Shown here piece after piece: positions 45,841 to 56,016 of a stretch of DNA of 64,000 bases. How positions within the stretch are numbered: position 1 is the first letter of the stretch; each line of letters opens with the position of its first letter. The DNA comes from Patescibacteria group bacterium (lineage in GTDB: Bacteria > Patescibacteriota > Patescibacteriia > Patescibacteriales > UBA12465), in the NCBI GenBank assembly GCA_035269015.1, contig DATFJU010000031.1:41326-105325 (forward strand), read 5' to 3'. The translations under genes were made by a program, and so were the position numbers. The notes under the pieces were generated by a model, which did not search any database, had not been told where the DNA came from, and saw nothing but the letters and a program-made list of their open reading frames with translations.

Positions 45841-48756
45841 TTATTTTATTTTTTCTAAACCAATATTTATTGATTTATTATTAATATTAATTTGTTTTTT
45901 AATCTCAGTTTCTACCTCTGTTTCAAGCTTAGTAATCTTATCAGCTAAAACTTCTCTTTCTATATCCTCTTGATATTTATTTATTGCTGCTGCAAATTCA
46001 GGCTCTAAGCTTGAATAATAAACAACAACTCTATCTTCTATAGTTAAGCCAGAATTCTTTCTTAAATTATTGATAACTCTAATAATTTCTCTCTTCATCC
46101 CTTCTTCAATTAAGTCTGGACTTAAGTTAGTATCTAAAACTACTTCAATATTTTCTTTTTCTTTATCTAATTCAAAGCTTAATTCCTTAATATTTAATTC
46201 ATCCTTAATTAAAGCAAAATAATCTTCAGCTAAGGCTAAATCTTCTTTAAATACTACCGTAGCTTTTTGTAATGGCTGTCTAACTTTTAATTTATTTTCA
46301 TCACGCTGAGCCAAACCTTTTTCTACTATTTCTTTAACTAATTCCATCTTAGAAATAATATCAGTATTTATCTCTTTAATCTCGGGCCAAGATTCTAAGT
46401 GTACACTTTTATTTTCATCTTTAAAATTATAATCATTAATTTTTTGCCACATTGTTTCTGCCATAAAAGGCATAAAAGGTGCCATTGTTAAGGAAAGTTT
46501 TTCAAATACTGTCTTTAAAGTACTAAGCGCTTTTAACTTTTCCTGTCTATCCTCTCCTTTTAGCCTATCTCTTGATCTTCTTAGATACCAAGTAGAGAGA
46601 TCATCGATAAAGATAGCAATTGGCTTAGAAGCTCTAACTAAATCATATTTTTTCATATTATCTTCAATCTCAGCAGTTGTTTGTTGTAATCGTGCCAATA
46701 TCCAATTATCTAAAACATTATCACTTTCACTTATAGTTTCCACCTCTTTTTCCCTATACATATCATAGAACTTATACACATTCCAAACTAACATAGAAGT
46801 TTTACGAAATGACTGCAACACGTCGGCTTCACTAAAATTAATAGTTTCAGCTTGCATAACCGGAGAACAAAGTAAATAATATCTTAAAGCATCAGCACTA
46901 TATTTTTCAATCACTTCCATAGGATCAGGATAGTTTTGTAGTCTCTTAGACATCTTTTTACCATCTTCTGCTAAAACTATACCATTAACAATCACATTTT
47001 TAAAAGCTGGCCTATCCATGATAGCGGTAGATAATACGTGTAAATAATAGAACCACGCTCTAGTTTGATCCGCTCCTTCAGCTATAAACTCTGCTGGAAA
47101 ATTACCCTCAAACTTAGCTTTATTTTCAAAAGGATAATGCTTTTGAGCATAAGGCATAGAACCAGATTCAAACCAACAATCAAAAACATCTTCAATACGC
47201 TTCATAGTACCACCACAATCACATTTAATTTCAATCTTATCTAAAGTGTGCTTGTGTAAATCTTCAACTTTTTCTCCACTCGCTTCTTCTAAATCTTTAA
47301 CTCCACCAAAAACCTTAGTATTTTCACAAGTGTCACATTTCCAAACTGGAAGCACTGCTGCCCAAAAACGTTGACGAGATATAGACCAATCTCTAGCACC
47401 TTCTAACCATTTACCAAATCTTCCTCTTTTAATATGTTCAGGTGACCAATTAATTTCTTGAGCTTTTTTAAGTAAATCTTCTTTTATTTTTTCTACACTT
47501 ACAAAATATGAAGAAGTAGCATAGTTAATAAGTGGTGTTTCACAGCGCCAACAATGAGGATAACTATGCTCATATTTTTCTTTAGAAAATAACCTATCAT
47601 GATGAGCTAAATACTTAACTATTTCTATGTCAGTAGCCATGTGATCACTCTTTGGTTTAACGGACATATCTTGAAAATCATGCACCTCTTCTTTAAACCT
47701 ACCACCAATATCAATGTGTTGAACAAAAGGCAAGTTTTTTTCTTTACCTAAGTTAAGGTCATCTTCACCAAAAGCTGGAGCGATATGTACAATACCTGTT
47801 CCCTCTTCAGTATTAACAAAATCAGCGCTTTGTATTTTGAAAGCATTTTCTATATTTTTTATATCAGCGTTTTGATAATAATAAAAGACGGGCTCATAAT
47901 CTAAACCTACTAAATCTTTGGCGTATAAAAGCTCTTCTATTTTATAATCTTTATCCTTAAAAACTTCCTCTAATCTTTCTTTAGCTAAAATATAATAATC
48001 ATCTTCATATTCAACTTTAACGTATTCAATATCTTCTCCCACAGCTAAAGCGACATTAGCAATTAAAGTCCAAGGTGTAGTAGTCCAAGCTAACAAAAAA
48101 GTATTATCCTGGTCTTTAATTTTAAACTTAGCTGTGACTGATAAATCTTTAATATCTTTATACCCTTCAGTTACCTCAGATTGAGATAAAGTGGTTTCAC
48201 ATCTAGGACAAACGTGCATGGAGCGATATCCTTTATATATTAAATCTTTCTCCCATAAAGTTTTAAATACCCACCAAACAGATTCCATATAATCTAAGTC
48301 CATGGTCTTATAACTACTATCCATTTCTGCCCATCTACCCAACTTATCTATAACCTTTCTCCATTCATCAGCATATTTTAAAACCTTAGTTTGACATGAT
48401 AAATTAAACTTTTCTATTCCAGTATCTACAATATCCTTTTTACTTTCTGTGCCCATTTCTTTTTCCACAATATTTTCAATAGGTAAACCATGACAATCCC
48501 AACCCCAACGTCTTTCCACTCTATAACCTTGCATGGTCCAAAATCTAGGAACAACATCTTTCATAATACTACCAACAATATGACCATAATGAGGTGTACC
48601 AGTAGCAAAAGGAGGACCATCATAAAAAACGTAATCACCATTTACTGCCTCTTTATTTACTGACTTTTTAAAAATGTCGTTTTCATTCCAAAAATCAAGG
48701 ACTTGGTTCTCGAATTCTGCAAATATATTCTTATTTTCTTTACTTTTTTCTGACAT
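45841..48756 (-). CDS. ileS: Isoleucine--tRNA ligase, type 2 (archaeal/eukaryotic-like)
   Basis: DGPPFATGTPHYGH, GWDCHGLP, WTTTPWTL, DWSISRQR, KMSKR; no C-terminal Zn finger. Confidence 0.96.
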   Translation of the reverse strand: MSEKSKENKNIFAEFENQVLDFWNENDIFKKSVNKEAVNGDYVFYDGPPFATGTPHYGHIVGSIMKDVVPRFWTMQGYRVERRWGWDCHGLPIENIVEKEMGTESKKDIVDTGIEKFNLSCQTKVLKYADEWRKVIDKLGRWAEMDSSYKTMDLDYMESVWWVFKTLWEKDLIYKGYRSMHVCPRCETTLSQSEVTEGYKDIKDLSVTAKFKIKDQDNTFLLAWTTTPWTLIANVALAVGEDIEYVKVEYEDDYYILAKERLEEVFKDKDYKIEELLYAKDLVGLDYEPVFYYYQNADIKNIENAFKIQSADFVNTEEGTGIVHIAPAFGEDDLNLGKEKNLPFVQHIDIGGRFKEEVHDFQDMSVKPKSDHMATDIEIVKYLAHHDRLFSKEKYEHSYPHCWRCETPLINYATSSYFVSVEKIKEDLLKKAQEINWSPEHIKRGRFGKWLEGARDWSISRQRFWAAVLPVWKCDTCENTKVFGGVKDLEEASGEKVEDLHKHTLDKIEIKCDCGGTMKRIEDVFDCWFESGSMPYAQKHYPFENKAKFEGNFPAEFIAEGADQTRAWFYYLHVLSTAIMDRPAFKNVIVNGIVLAEDGKKMSKRLQNYPDPMEVIEKYSADALRYYLLCSPVMQAETINFSEADVLQSFRKTSMLVWNVYKFYDMYREKEVETISESDNVLDNWILARLQQTTAEIEDNMKKYDLVRASKPIAIFIDDLSTWYLRRSRDRLKGEDRQEKLKALSTLKTVFEKLSLTMAPFMPFMAETMWQKINDYNFKDENKSVHLESWPEIKEINTDIISKMELVKEIVEKGLAQRDENKLKVRQPLQKATVVFKEDLALAEDYFALIKDELNIKELSFELDKEKENIEVVLDTNLSPDLIEEGMKREIIRVINNLRKNSGLTIEDRVVVYYSSLEPEFAAAINKYQEDIEREVLADKITKLETEVETEIKKQININNKSINIGLEKIK

Positions 48757-48814
48757 ATTTTATATAATATTACTTATTTATATACAAAAAAACTAAAAGC
48801 CCAACTCTATTATT

Positions 48815-48843
48815 ATTATATTTTATATAAGGTGGCAAGTCAA
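48815..48843 (-). promoter_or_regulatory. Sigma70 promoter upstream of ileS
   Basis: TTGACT-17 bp-TATAAT. Confidence 0.7.
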
Positions 48844-48939
48844 TTTTTTCATCTCACTTATTTAATTAAAAAAATAGAAAAATAATATCTACCTTAATTT
48901 AAAATAGAATTAAAAAAACAATATTATATATAAATAAAA

Positions 48940-50103
48940 TTAATAGAAATTATTTACAGTCATCATTTTTACACTTGCCTGCTTATATCTGTTTTTAAAA
49001 GCTTGATTTAAGAATCTTTTTTTGTACTTAATCTCAACACCAATTAAGTCTTCATTATTATCTAAGACCAAATCAATCTCTGAGCCCTGCTTACTACGCC
49101 AGTAGTAACACTTATAATTTTTATCAGAATAACTTAATTGCTTTATAATTTCTGAGATAATAAAATTCTCAAAAAGCGCACCTTTATCTTCACGTAAAGA
49201 AATATTAGAAAAATTCTCTAAGAGTGCATTTCTTATACCATTATCATAAAAATAGATTTTAGCAGACTTAGAAATCTCATTTCTTTTATTTTTAGAATAT
49301 GGGTAAAGTCTAAATAAAATATAACTTTGCTCAAATATCTCTATATATCTTCTAATTGTTCTAATATCTGCTCCTAAGCGAGAAGATAATTCTGAATAAT
49401 TAATTAAATTTCCTATTTGAGAGGCTAAAACTTTTAATAAATCAGTTGCTAATTTTTTATCTTCAATTAACTTAAGCTCTAATATATCTTTAAGAATAAG
49501 ACTGTCTACAAAATTTAGTAAATATTTTTTATCATTAGGATTATTAACATTTTGAGGATACTGTCCATATATTAAAATACTTTCTAAAATGCTTTCCATA
49601 TCAAAAAGATAGTTTTTATCTTTCAATTCTTTTTTTAAAGTAACATTTTCTAAAATATTAAAATTGAGATCTTTTTCAATATCTTTTTGCACTAAATACT
49701 CAGAGAAAGTGAGTGGATGCAATTTATAATCTATTTTTCTACCAGCTAAACTTTCTGAAGTTTTATTTTTTATATGAAAAGAAGATGATCCAGTAATTAT
49801 TAAATCTACATCATTTAATTGATCATATATTATTTTAGCGGCTCTACCAGGATTTGATAATAAATGAATCTCATCAATTATTAGCATTTTAGCATCAGGG
49901 CTTATTAAACTTTTATATGATTCTATATCATAAGTTTCTAAAATCTTCCTGATAGGCTCATTGTCAACTAATAAGTAGTTAGCTTGAGAAAATATTTTTT
50001 TCACAATAGTTGTTTTGCCAACCTGCCTAGAACCAAGTAAAACAAGGATTTGTTTATACTTAGAAAAATGTATTTTAATTTTTTCATCTAAATGTCTTTG
50101 CAT
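48940..50103 (-). CDS. AAA_14/DUF4143 ATPase with C-terminal PD-(D/E)xK-like segment
   Basis: GSRQVGKTT, IIDEIH, ITGSSS, ESLAGR, YDNGIRN, GALFEN, WRSKQGSEIDLV..VEIK; likely start 50103. Confidence 0.9.
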   Translation of the reverse strand: MQRHLDEKIKIHFSKYKQILVLLGSRQVGKTTIVKKIFSQANYLLVDNEPIRKILETYDIESYKSLISPDAKMLIIDEIHLLSNPGRAAKIIYDQLNDVDLIITGSSSFHIKNKTSESLAGRKIDYKLHPLTFSEYLVQKDIEKDLNFNILENVTLKKELKDKNYLFDMESILESILIYGQYPQNVNNPNDKKYLLNFVDSLILKDILELKLIEDKKLATDLLKVLASQIGNLINYSELSSRLGADIRTIRRYIEIFEQSYILFRLYPYSKNKRNEISKSAKIYFYDNGIRNALLENFSNISLREDKGALFENFIISEIIKQLSYSDKNYKCYYWRSKQGSEIDLVLDNNEDLIGVEIKYKKRFLNQAFKNRYKQASVKMMTVNNFY

Positions 50104-50228
50104 AAAAATATATAACTTTTTTAACATCTAATGTATAAATATATATAACTAATTATACATCCTATCTAAAAATTAGACAATAGACTGCCTAAATTACATA
50201 AATAATTTACTATACAATTTTTATACTA

Positions 50229-50257
50229 TTGACACTAATCAAATTCAATGATTTAAT
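50229..50257 (+). promoter_or_regulatory. Sigma70 promoter for 66-aa membrane protein
   Basis: TTGACA-17 bp-TTTAAT with extended TG. Confidence 0.5.
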
Positions 50258-50292
50258 GTTATATTGTTCTTTAATAATCAAAATAATAAATT

Positions 50293-50493
50293 ATGTCAGA
50301 ATTATTTATTTTTAGTAGTTTAAGTATTCTTTTTTTAACACTATTTATCATTGAAATAGTAACCAAAAAAGAAAAAAGACAACTTCCAAGGTTGTGGTTA
50401 GCAATATTTATAATTATGCTTATAATCACCATAAGCCATATTAGCAACCACCCAGAACTAATTACAAAAATTAGTCCTTATTTGTCTTTATAA
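50293..50493 (+). CDS. Small two-TM hypothetical protein
   Basis: Two hydrophobic helices linked by KKEKR; own promoter and terminator. Confidence 0.6.
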   Translation: MSELFIFSSLSILFLTLFIIEIVTKKEKRQLPRLWLAIFIIMLIITISHISNHPELITKISPYLSL

Positions 50494-50501
50494 AATGTAA
50501 A

Positions 50502-50530
50502 AAGTCCACAATTATTTGTGGGCTTATTTT
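50502..50530 (+). terminator. Intrinsic terminator
   Basis: AAGTCCACAA-TTAT-TTGTGGGCTT then ATTTT. Confidence 0.65.
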
Positions 50531-50676
50531 ATTTCTAAATATTAATAAGTATTACTTTTTCTAATCTTATAGTCTCTCAAAAATATAAAAAAACTCTTAA
50601 TTTTATACCTTTTTACTTTCCATATATTTAAATATACTAAATAATTAATCAACTATTATATAGAAAGCTTAGCACA

Positions 50677-51198
50677 TTAATTATCAATATGAATTAAAGA
50701 AGTTCTAATGGCTTCTTTGGTGTATTCTTTTCTAGTGAGTCTTCCTTTAGTCATAATACCCACTAAACCTTGGGCTGAACCAACTTTCATATTATCAGTA
50801 TAGCCAGCCCTATAGGCGGCTTCATTCATATCCAGACCATCTTCTAACATTAACTTAGAAACTCTCTCAGGGGCTTCCCAGGCTGAAGAAAGACCTAAGT
50901 GATACTCACTACCATCAAAGATAGCACAAGCGCAAACATCCATATAACCTGACTTAGTATGTGGCACTGCCATTAGTCCTGATTCAATACCAAAACTATA
51001 ATCACAATCAATATGTGCTTTCTTGGCTCTGTTTTTAGCTCCAGTAATTGTCTCTTCTAAAGACTTAGGTTGTTCGCTAACACCTGAAAATACATCTGCG
51101 CTTTCTACTTTAGCGTCTTGCAGATGTTTATAGTCTAAAAGTATCTCTTTTAGAGCTTCTACCTTAACTGGATTTTGTGAAGCAATTTTTATATTCAT
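50677..51198 (-). CDS. yjjX: Non-canonical purine NTP phosphatase (YjjX/DUF84, ITP/XTPase)
   Basis: ASQNPVKVEA, SGVSEQP, GAKNRA, GIESG, GLVGIMTKGRLTR; start 51198, 1 nt after the secA stop. Confidence 0.88.
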   Translation of the reverse strand: MNIKIASQNPVKVEALKEILLDYKHLQDAKVESADVFSGVSEQPKSLEETITGAKNRAKKAHIDCDYSFGIESGLMAVPHTKSGYMDVCACAIFDGSEYHLGLSSAWEAPERVSKLMLEDGLDMNEAAYRAGYTDNMKVGSAQGLVGIMTKGRLTRKEYTKEAIRTSLIHIDN

Positions 51199-51199
51199 A

Positions 51200-53905
51200 C
51201 TACCTACCACAACACTTCTTATACTTCTTACCGCTACCACAAGGACAAGGATCGTTTCTGCCTACCGTCTTGCCACTTTCATCTTTAACTTTAGTCTTTA
51301 CCACATTTAGCTGACTAGTATTATCACCACTTTTCTCACTCATAACCTTAGCTGGAGCTTGAAAGTTCTTAGCTCTGTCAGCTAGTGTTGGTGACTTAAA
51401 CATATTTAAAGCGTCTCCCTCTATAGCAGATACAGTTTTGTATATAGAGTAAACTACTTGTTTTCTAATTAAATCTTGTAGCTCATTAAATAATCTAAAG
51501 GCTTCTTTCTTATACTCCACTAAAGGGTCTCTTTGACCATAACCCCTAAGACCAATTCCCTGCCTAAGATAAGCAATGGTTTCTAAATGTTCAATCCAGA
51601 GATTATCAATAGAGCGAATAAGAATACCTTTTTCTACCTCAGCAAAATTCAAATTCAATTCTTTAAAAGAATCTTTCATCTCTTGATATATTTTCTCAGC
51701 TTTAGTTTGCAAATATTTTTTAATCTCTTCCCTGCTTTCATCTTTAGATTTCACTTTTAACATTGTCTGTAATTTTTCTTCCAAAGCACCTTCCACTTTA
51801 TACATAGTACTAATAGTTTCAGCAATCTCTTTAATATTCCATTCTTTTTGTAATTCTGAGCTAGTATGAAAATCTACTAACATAGAAATTTCTTCACTAA
51901 CCATATTTAAAATTCTCTCAGACAACTTATCTTTATCCTCTGCTCTTTCGTATATATATAGAATCTCTTTTCTTCTTTTGTAGATAGTTTCTCTATGTTT
52001 GTTAATAACATCATCATACTCTACTAAGTGTTTTCTCATATCAAAATTATTACCCTCCACTTTTTTCTGAGCAGATTCTAAAGAGTTAGAAATCATAGAA
52101 TTTTGAATAGGTTGATCCTCTGGTAATCTTAATTTAGACATTAAAGACTTCATTCTCTCTCCTCCAAAAATACGCATTAAATCATCCTCAGCAGAAACAT
52201 AAAATTGACTAGAACCAGGATCACCTTGTCTACCTGAACGACCTCTAAGCTGATTATCAATACGTCTAGCCTCATGCCTCTCTGTACCAATCACATGTAA
52301 ACCACCTAAGTCTTTTACTTTCTCTTGTTCTTTTTTATCTCCTGGGTTACCACCTAAAACAATATCTACACCACGACCAGCCATGTTGGTGGCAATAGTA
52401 ATAGCTCCTGGACGTCCAGCTTGAGAAATTATTTGCGCTTCCTTGGCATGATTTTTAGCATTTAAAAGTGCTGGTTCTAAGCCTTCTTTTTCCATCAGTG
52501 ACACTAAAAATTCATTTTTTTCAATAGAAATAGTACCAATTAAAATAGGTTGTCCTTTCTCATTTCTTTCCTTAACCTCTTTTATCACAGCCTTATATTT
52601 ACCCAATTCTGTTCTAAAAATAAGGTCATTATAATCTTTTCTAACCACTGGTTTATGAGTTGGAATTACTATTACCTCAAGTCCATATATTTTGAAAAAT
52701 TCTTCTTGCTCGGTTTCTGCAGTACCTGTCATACCTGATAACTTTTCATACATTCTAAAATAGTTTTGAAAAGTAACTGTAGCTAAAGTCTGTGATTCTC
52801 TTTTTACCTCTAACCCTTCTTTGGCTTCAATCGCTTGGTGCAAACCTTCACTATAACGTCTACCAGGCATTAAACGTCCAGTAAACTCATCAACGATGAT
52901 TACTTCACCGTCTTTAATTACGTAATCTTTATCTTTCTTAAAAAGCACGTGTGCTTTTAAAGCTTGTTCAATGTGATGCACCTCTTTTACACCCCCTGAA
53001 ACATAGATATTTTCCACACCTAACCAATTTTCCATTTTAGAAATTCCAGCCTCACTTAAAGTGGCTGTTTTCATCTTTTCATCTACGTTATAATCTTCAT
53101 TTTCATCTAATCTACTAACTAAGTTAGCAAATTTAAAATAACGCTCAGTAGACTGCTCTGCTGGCGCACTAATAATTAAAGGCGTTCTAGCCTCATCAAT
53201 TAAAATGGAATCAATCTCATCAACAATACAATAATTTAATTCGCGTTGTACAATATCATTAAGTGAGCCAGTCATATTATCACGCAAATAATCAAAACCA
53301 AACTCATTATTAGTACCATAGGTAATATCAGCTTGATAGGCTTCTTTTCTGCTAATAGGTTTAAAATGCTTTAACCTTTCATCATAAGCACTATCATCAA
53401 CGTGTTCACTATCATAAATAAAAGCACCATCTCCTACAATCACAGCTACCTCTAAACCTAAATAATTATAGACAGGAGCCATCCAACCAGCACCAACTCT
53501 AGATAAATAATCATTAACAGTAATAAGGTGAGCACCTTTTTCACTTAAGGCATTTAGAAAAAGTGGTAAAGTAGCCACTAAGGTTTTACCCTCACCAGTT
53601 TTCATTTCAGCAATTTTTCCTTGGTGTAAAGTAATACCACCAACAAGCTGAACATCATAATGCCTTAAGCCTAAAACTCTTTTAGATACCTCTCTAACTA
53701 CAGCAAAAGCTTCAGGCAAAATATCATCTAAAGTTTTCCCTTGTTTTAATTCTTCTTTTAAATCTTGTGTTTTAGTTTTAAGTTCTTCCCTGTCTAACTT
53801 ACTCACCTCTTCCTCCAAGGCATTAATTTTTTCTACAGTAGGATTCATAGCTTTAATAGCCTTGGCATTCAAGTCTCCAACTAATATTTTTTTAAGAAAA
53901 TTCAT
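51200..53905 (-). CDS. secA: Preprotein translocase SecA
   Basis: EMKTGEGKTL, IDEARTPLIIS, ATNMAGRG, QLRGRSGRQGDPG, GRNDPCPCGSGKKYKKCC. Confidence 0.99.
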   Translation of the reverse strand: MNFLKKILVGDLNAKAIKAMNPTVEKINALEEEVSKLDREELKTKTQDLKEELKQGKTLDDILPEAFAVVREVSKRVLGLRHYDVQLVGGITLHQGKIAEMKTGEGKTLVATLPLFLNALSEKGAHLITVNDYLSRVGAGWMAPVYNYLGLEVAVIVGDGAFIYDSEHVDDSAYDERLKHFKPISRKEAYQADITYGTNNEFGFDYLRDNMTGSLNDIVQRELNYCIVDEIDSILIDEARTPLIISAPAEQSTERYFKFANLVSRLDENEDYNVDEKMKTATLSEAGISKMENWLGVENIYVSGGVKEVHHIEQALKAHVLFKKDKDYVIKDGEVIIVDEFTGRLMPGRRYSEGLHQAIEAKEGLEVKRESQTLATVTFQNYFRMYEKLSGMTGTAETEQEEFFKIYGLEVIVIPTHKPVVRKDYNDLIFRTELGKYKAVIKEVKERNEKGQPILIGTISIEKNEFLVSLMEKEGLEPALLNAKNHAKEAQIISQAGRPGAITIATNMAGRGVDIVLGGNPGDKKEQEKVKDLGGLHVIGTERHEARRIDNQLRGRSGRQGDPGSSQFYVSAEDDLMRIFGGERMKSLMSKLRLPEDQPIQNSMISNSLESAQKKVEGNNFDMRKHLVEYDDVINKHRETIYKRRKEILYIYERAEDKDKLSERILNMVSEEISMLVDFHTSSELQKEWNIKEIAETISTMYKVEGALEEKLQTMLKVKSKDESREEIKKYLQTKAEKIYQEMKDSFKELNLNFAEVEKGILIRSIDNLWIEHLETIAYLRQGIGLRGYGQRDPLVEYKKEAFRLFNELQDLIRKQVVYSIYKTVSAIEGDALNMFKSPTLADRAKNFQAPAKVMSEKSGDNTSQLNVVKTKVKDESGKTVGRNDPCPCGSGKKYKKCCGR

Positions 53906-53916
53906 ATTTATTTATT

Positions 53917-54240
53917 CTAAGCTCGTCTTTTTTGACTTAACTTTTTTCCTTTATATTTTTTAATAATCATCTCTAAATGATCTTTAACCTTATCTATAGC
54001 TTTATACAAGTCTTGTTCAGTTTTGTCCACCCTGAGCAAATCTCCTGGCACATCTATATTAGCTTCTGCTCTATATATCTTACCTGAATTTTGATCACTA
54101 ATAGTTAACTCTACTTCAAAATCACAATTAATAACTGGCACATCTCCTAAGAATTTTTCTAACATATCCATTTTCTTTTGAACATAATCTTTAATTTCAT
54201 CAGTTAAAGTTATTTTTTTAGCTTTGATGTTAATATTCAT
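53917..54240 (-). CDS. raiA: Ribosome hibernation factor (short HPF/RaiA)
   Basis: MNINIKAKKITLT, YRAEANI, DLYKAIDKV; upstream of secA. Confidence 0.9.
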   Translation of the reverse strand: MNINIKAKKITLTDEIKDYVQKKMDMLEKFLGDVPVINCDFEVELTISDQNSGKIYRAEANIDVPGDLLRVDKTEQDLYKAIDKVKDHLEMIIKKYKGKKLSQKRRA

Positions 54241-54257
54241 ATTATTATAATAATTAA

Positions 54258-55385
54258 TTAATTAAATAAACGACTTACATCCTTAAAAGTAACAAGTAAC
54301 ACTAAGAGCATTAAAAGGATAAAGCCAAGATTATGAATAACATTTTCTACTTCTTGTTTAACTGGTGATCCTTTAATCTTTTCAATAACTAAAAATAATA
54401 TTCTACCACCATCTAGAGCTGGAAAAGGTAATATATTAATCACTGCTAGATTTAGTGACAATAGAGCTGTAAATTGAAGAAGATAAGAAAAGCCCATGCG
54501 TGCATAATTACCTGTCATATCAGCAATACCAATTGGTCCAGCTATTTCAGCTGAAATAGGCGCTCCCACAAACAAGTTTTTAATTAATTCAAAAAAGGCT
54601 ACAAATATAGCTCCTAGTAACAAGAAAGCAACCTTAAATCCTTGCCAAATTGATTGAAAAAAAGGATATTTAACTATACCACTACTTACTATTGCCACCC
54701 CTAAACTACCCTGTCCATTATCTTTTACGTCAGGACTAACTATTAAATTCATAGTTTTGTCTTGTCTCTTTAAAACTAAATCCACTTCTTCATTAGCTCT
54801 AGCCCTGATAAGTTCTTGTAGCTCTATTTCTGAATCAATACTTTCGCCATCGACTGAAACCACCACATCTCCTGCTTTAATATCGGCTGACTCAGCTGCG
54901 CTATCAGGCATAATTTGAACAATTTGCACTTGTTGACCCGAAACTTGAGCTGACTTTGGTAAATTAGCAGTACTATCAGGAAAACCAATCATATAACCAA
55001 CAGAGATTAAAACTCCAGCTAAGATAATGTTCATAACTACTCCAGCTACTAAAATCAAAGCTCTTCTCCAAACTGGTTTATGAGCAAAACTATCTTTATC
55101 TTCTTTATTTTGTCCACTTTCTCCTTTAATCTTTACAAAACCACCTAGTGGTATCCAATTAAAAGAATAAATTGTGCTTTTAGCATCTTTTACTTCTTTT
55201 TTTCCCCTAACTTGTTTCCATTTATTTTCCTTATTTTTATATATTCCCCAAACTCTAGGAGGAAAACCAAAACCAAATTCTTCTGCTTTAACACCATTTT
55301 TTCTAGCTACTACAAAGTGTCCCAATTCATGTACAAAAACTAGCACACCTAAAACTAGTAAAAATATAATTATAGTAAACGTCAT
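54258..55385 (-). CDS. rseP: RIP metalloprotease RseP
   Basis: HELGHF, IPLGGFVKI, AGVVMN, PDZ domain, GPIGI, NILPFPALDGG. Confidence 0.96.
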   Translation of the reverse strand: MTFTIIIFLLVLGVLVFVHELGHFVVARKNGVKAEEFGFGFPPRVWGIYKNKENKWKQVRGKKEVKDAKSTIYSFNWIPLGGFVKIKGESGQNKEDKDSFAHKPVWRRALILVAGVVMNIILAGVLISVGYMIGFPDSTANLPKSAQVSGQQVQIVQIMPDSAAESADIKAGDVVVSVDGESIDSEIELQELIRARANEEVDLVLKRQDKTMNLIVSPDVKDNGQGSLGVAIVSSGIVKYPFFQSIWQGFKVAFLLLGAIFVAFFELIKNLFVGAPISAEIAGPIGIADMTGNYARMGFSYLLQFTALLSLNLAVINILPFPALDGGRILFLVIEKIKGSPVKQEVENVIHNLGFILLMLLVLLVTFKDVSRLFN

Positions 55386-55407
55386 ACATTAATAGTAATT
55401 AAATTAA

Positions 55408-55962
55408 TTAAACTGTCATAATATCTTCTTCTTTTTTGTCTCTTAATTCTTTTATCTTGTTATTATAATTAGCTACTTCTTCTTCTAGTTCTTCTAAATA
55501 ACGGTACTTATCATCTTCACTAATATCTTTATCTGTAAAAGCAGTTTCAATTTCTTCTTTAATATCATCTCGTACTTGTCTAACTCTAATACGCGCTTCC
55601 TCTTGTTTTTCATTTAAGCGCTTAACATAATCTTTCCTGTTCTCTTCTGTCATTTGTGGTACGGTTAGATGTAACTTGTCACCATCATTTTTAACACCTA
55701 AACCAAGTTGAGCTTCTACAATTGCTTTTTCAATATCCTTAACCAAATTCTTATCCCAAGGAGTTACTGTAATAGTTCTAGAATCACTTACCCCGACACT
55801 AGCTACAGCGTTTATAGGATTTCTAATTCCATAAGCTTCAACTTGAACGCTATTTAAAATAACTGGATTAGCTCTACCAGTTCTAATAGTGCTAATTTCT
55901 TTTTGAAAAAACTCAAAAGCTTTCTCAAATTCAGGTTTTTTATTACTTAAATATTGATTCAT
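55408..55962 (-). CDS. frr: Ribosome recycling factor
   Basis: IRTGRANP, PWDK, MTEENRK, KKEEDIMTV. Confidence 0.97.
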   Translation of the reverse strand: MNQYLSNKKPEFEKAFEFFQKEISTIRTGRANPVILNSVQVEAYGIRNPINAVASVGVSDSRTITVTPWDKNLVKDIEKAIVEAQLGLGVKNDGDKLHLTVPQMTEENRKDYVKRLNEKQEEARIRVRQVRDDIKEEIETAFTDKDISEDDKYRYLEELEEEVANYNNKIKELRDKKEEDIMTV

Positions 55963-56016
55963 ATTTTTTATATTAATTAATATTTTTTAATTTTATTTAA
56001 ATAAATTTATATATTA

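Noticed and set aside
41428-48939. T-box riboswitches upstream of proS or ileS
   Set aside because: Leaders are short and AT-rich and lack the UGGNACC T-box consensus.
50560-50640. Tiny minus-strand ORF MESKKV* behind a -10-like hexamer
   Set aside because: Too short and too AT-rich to distinguish from chance.
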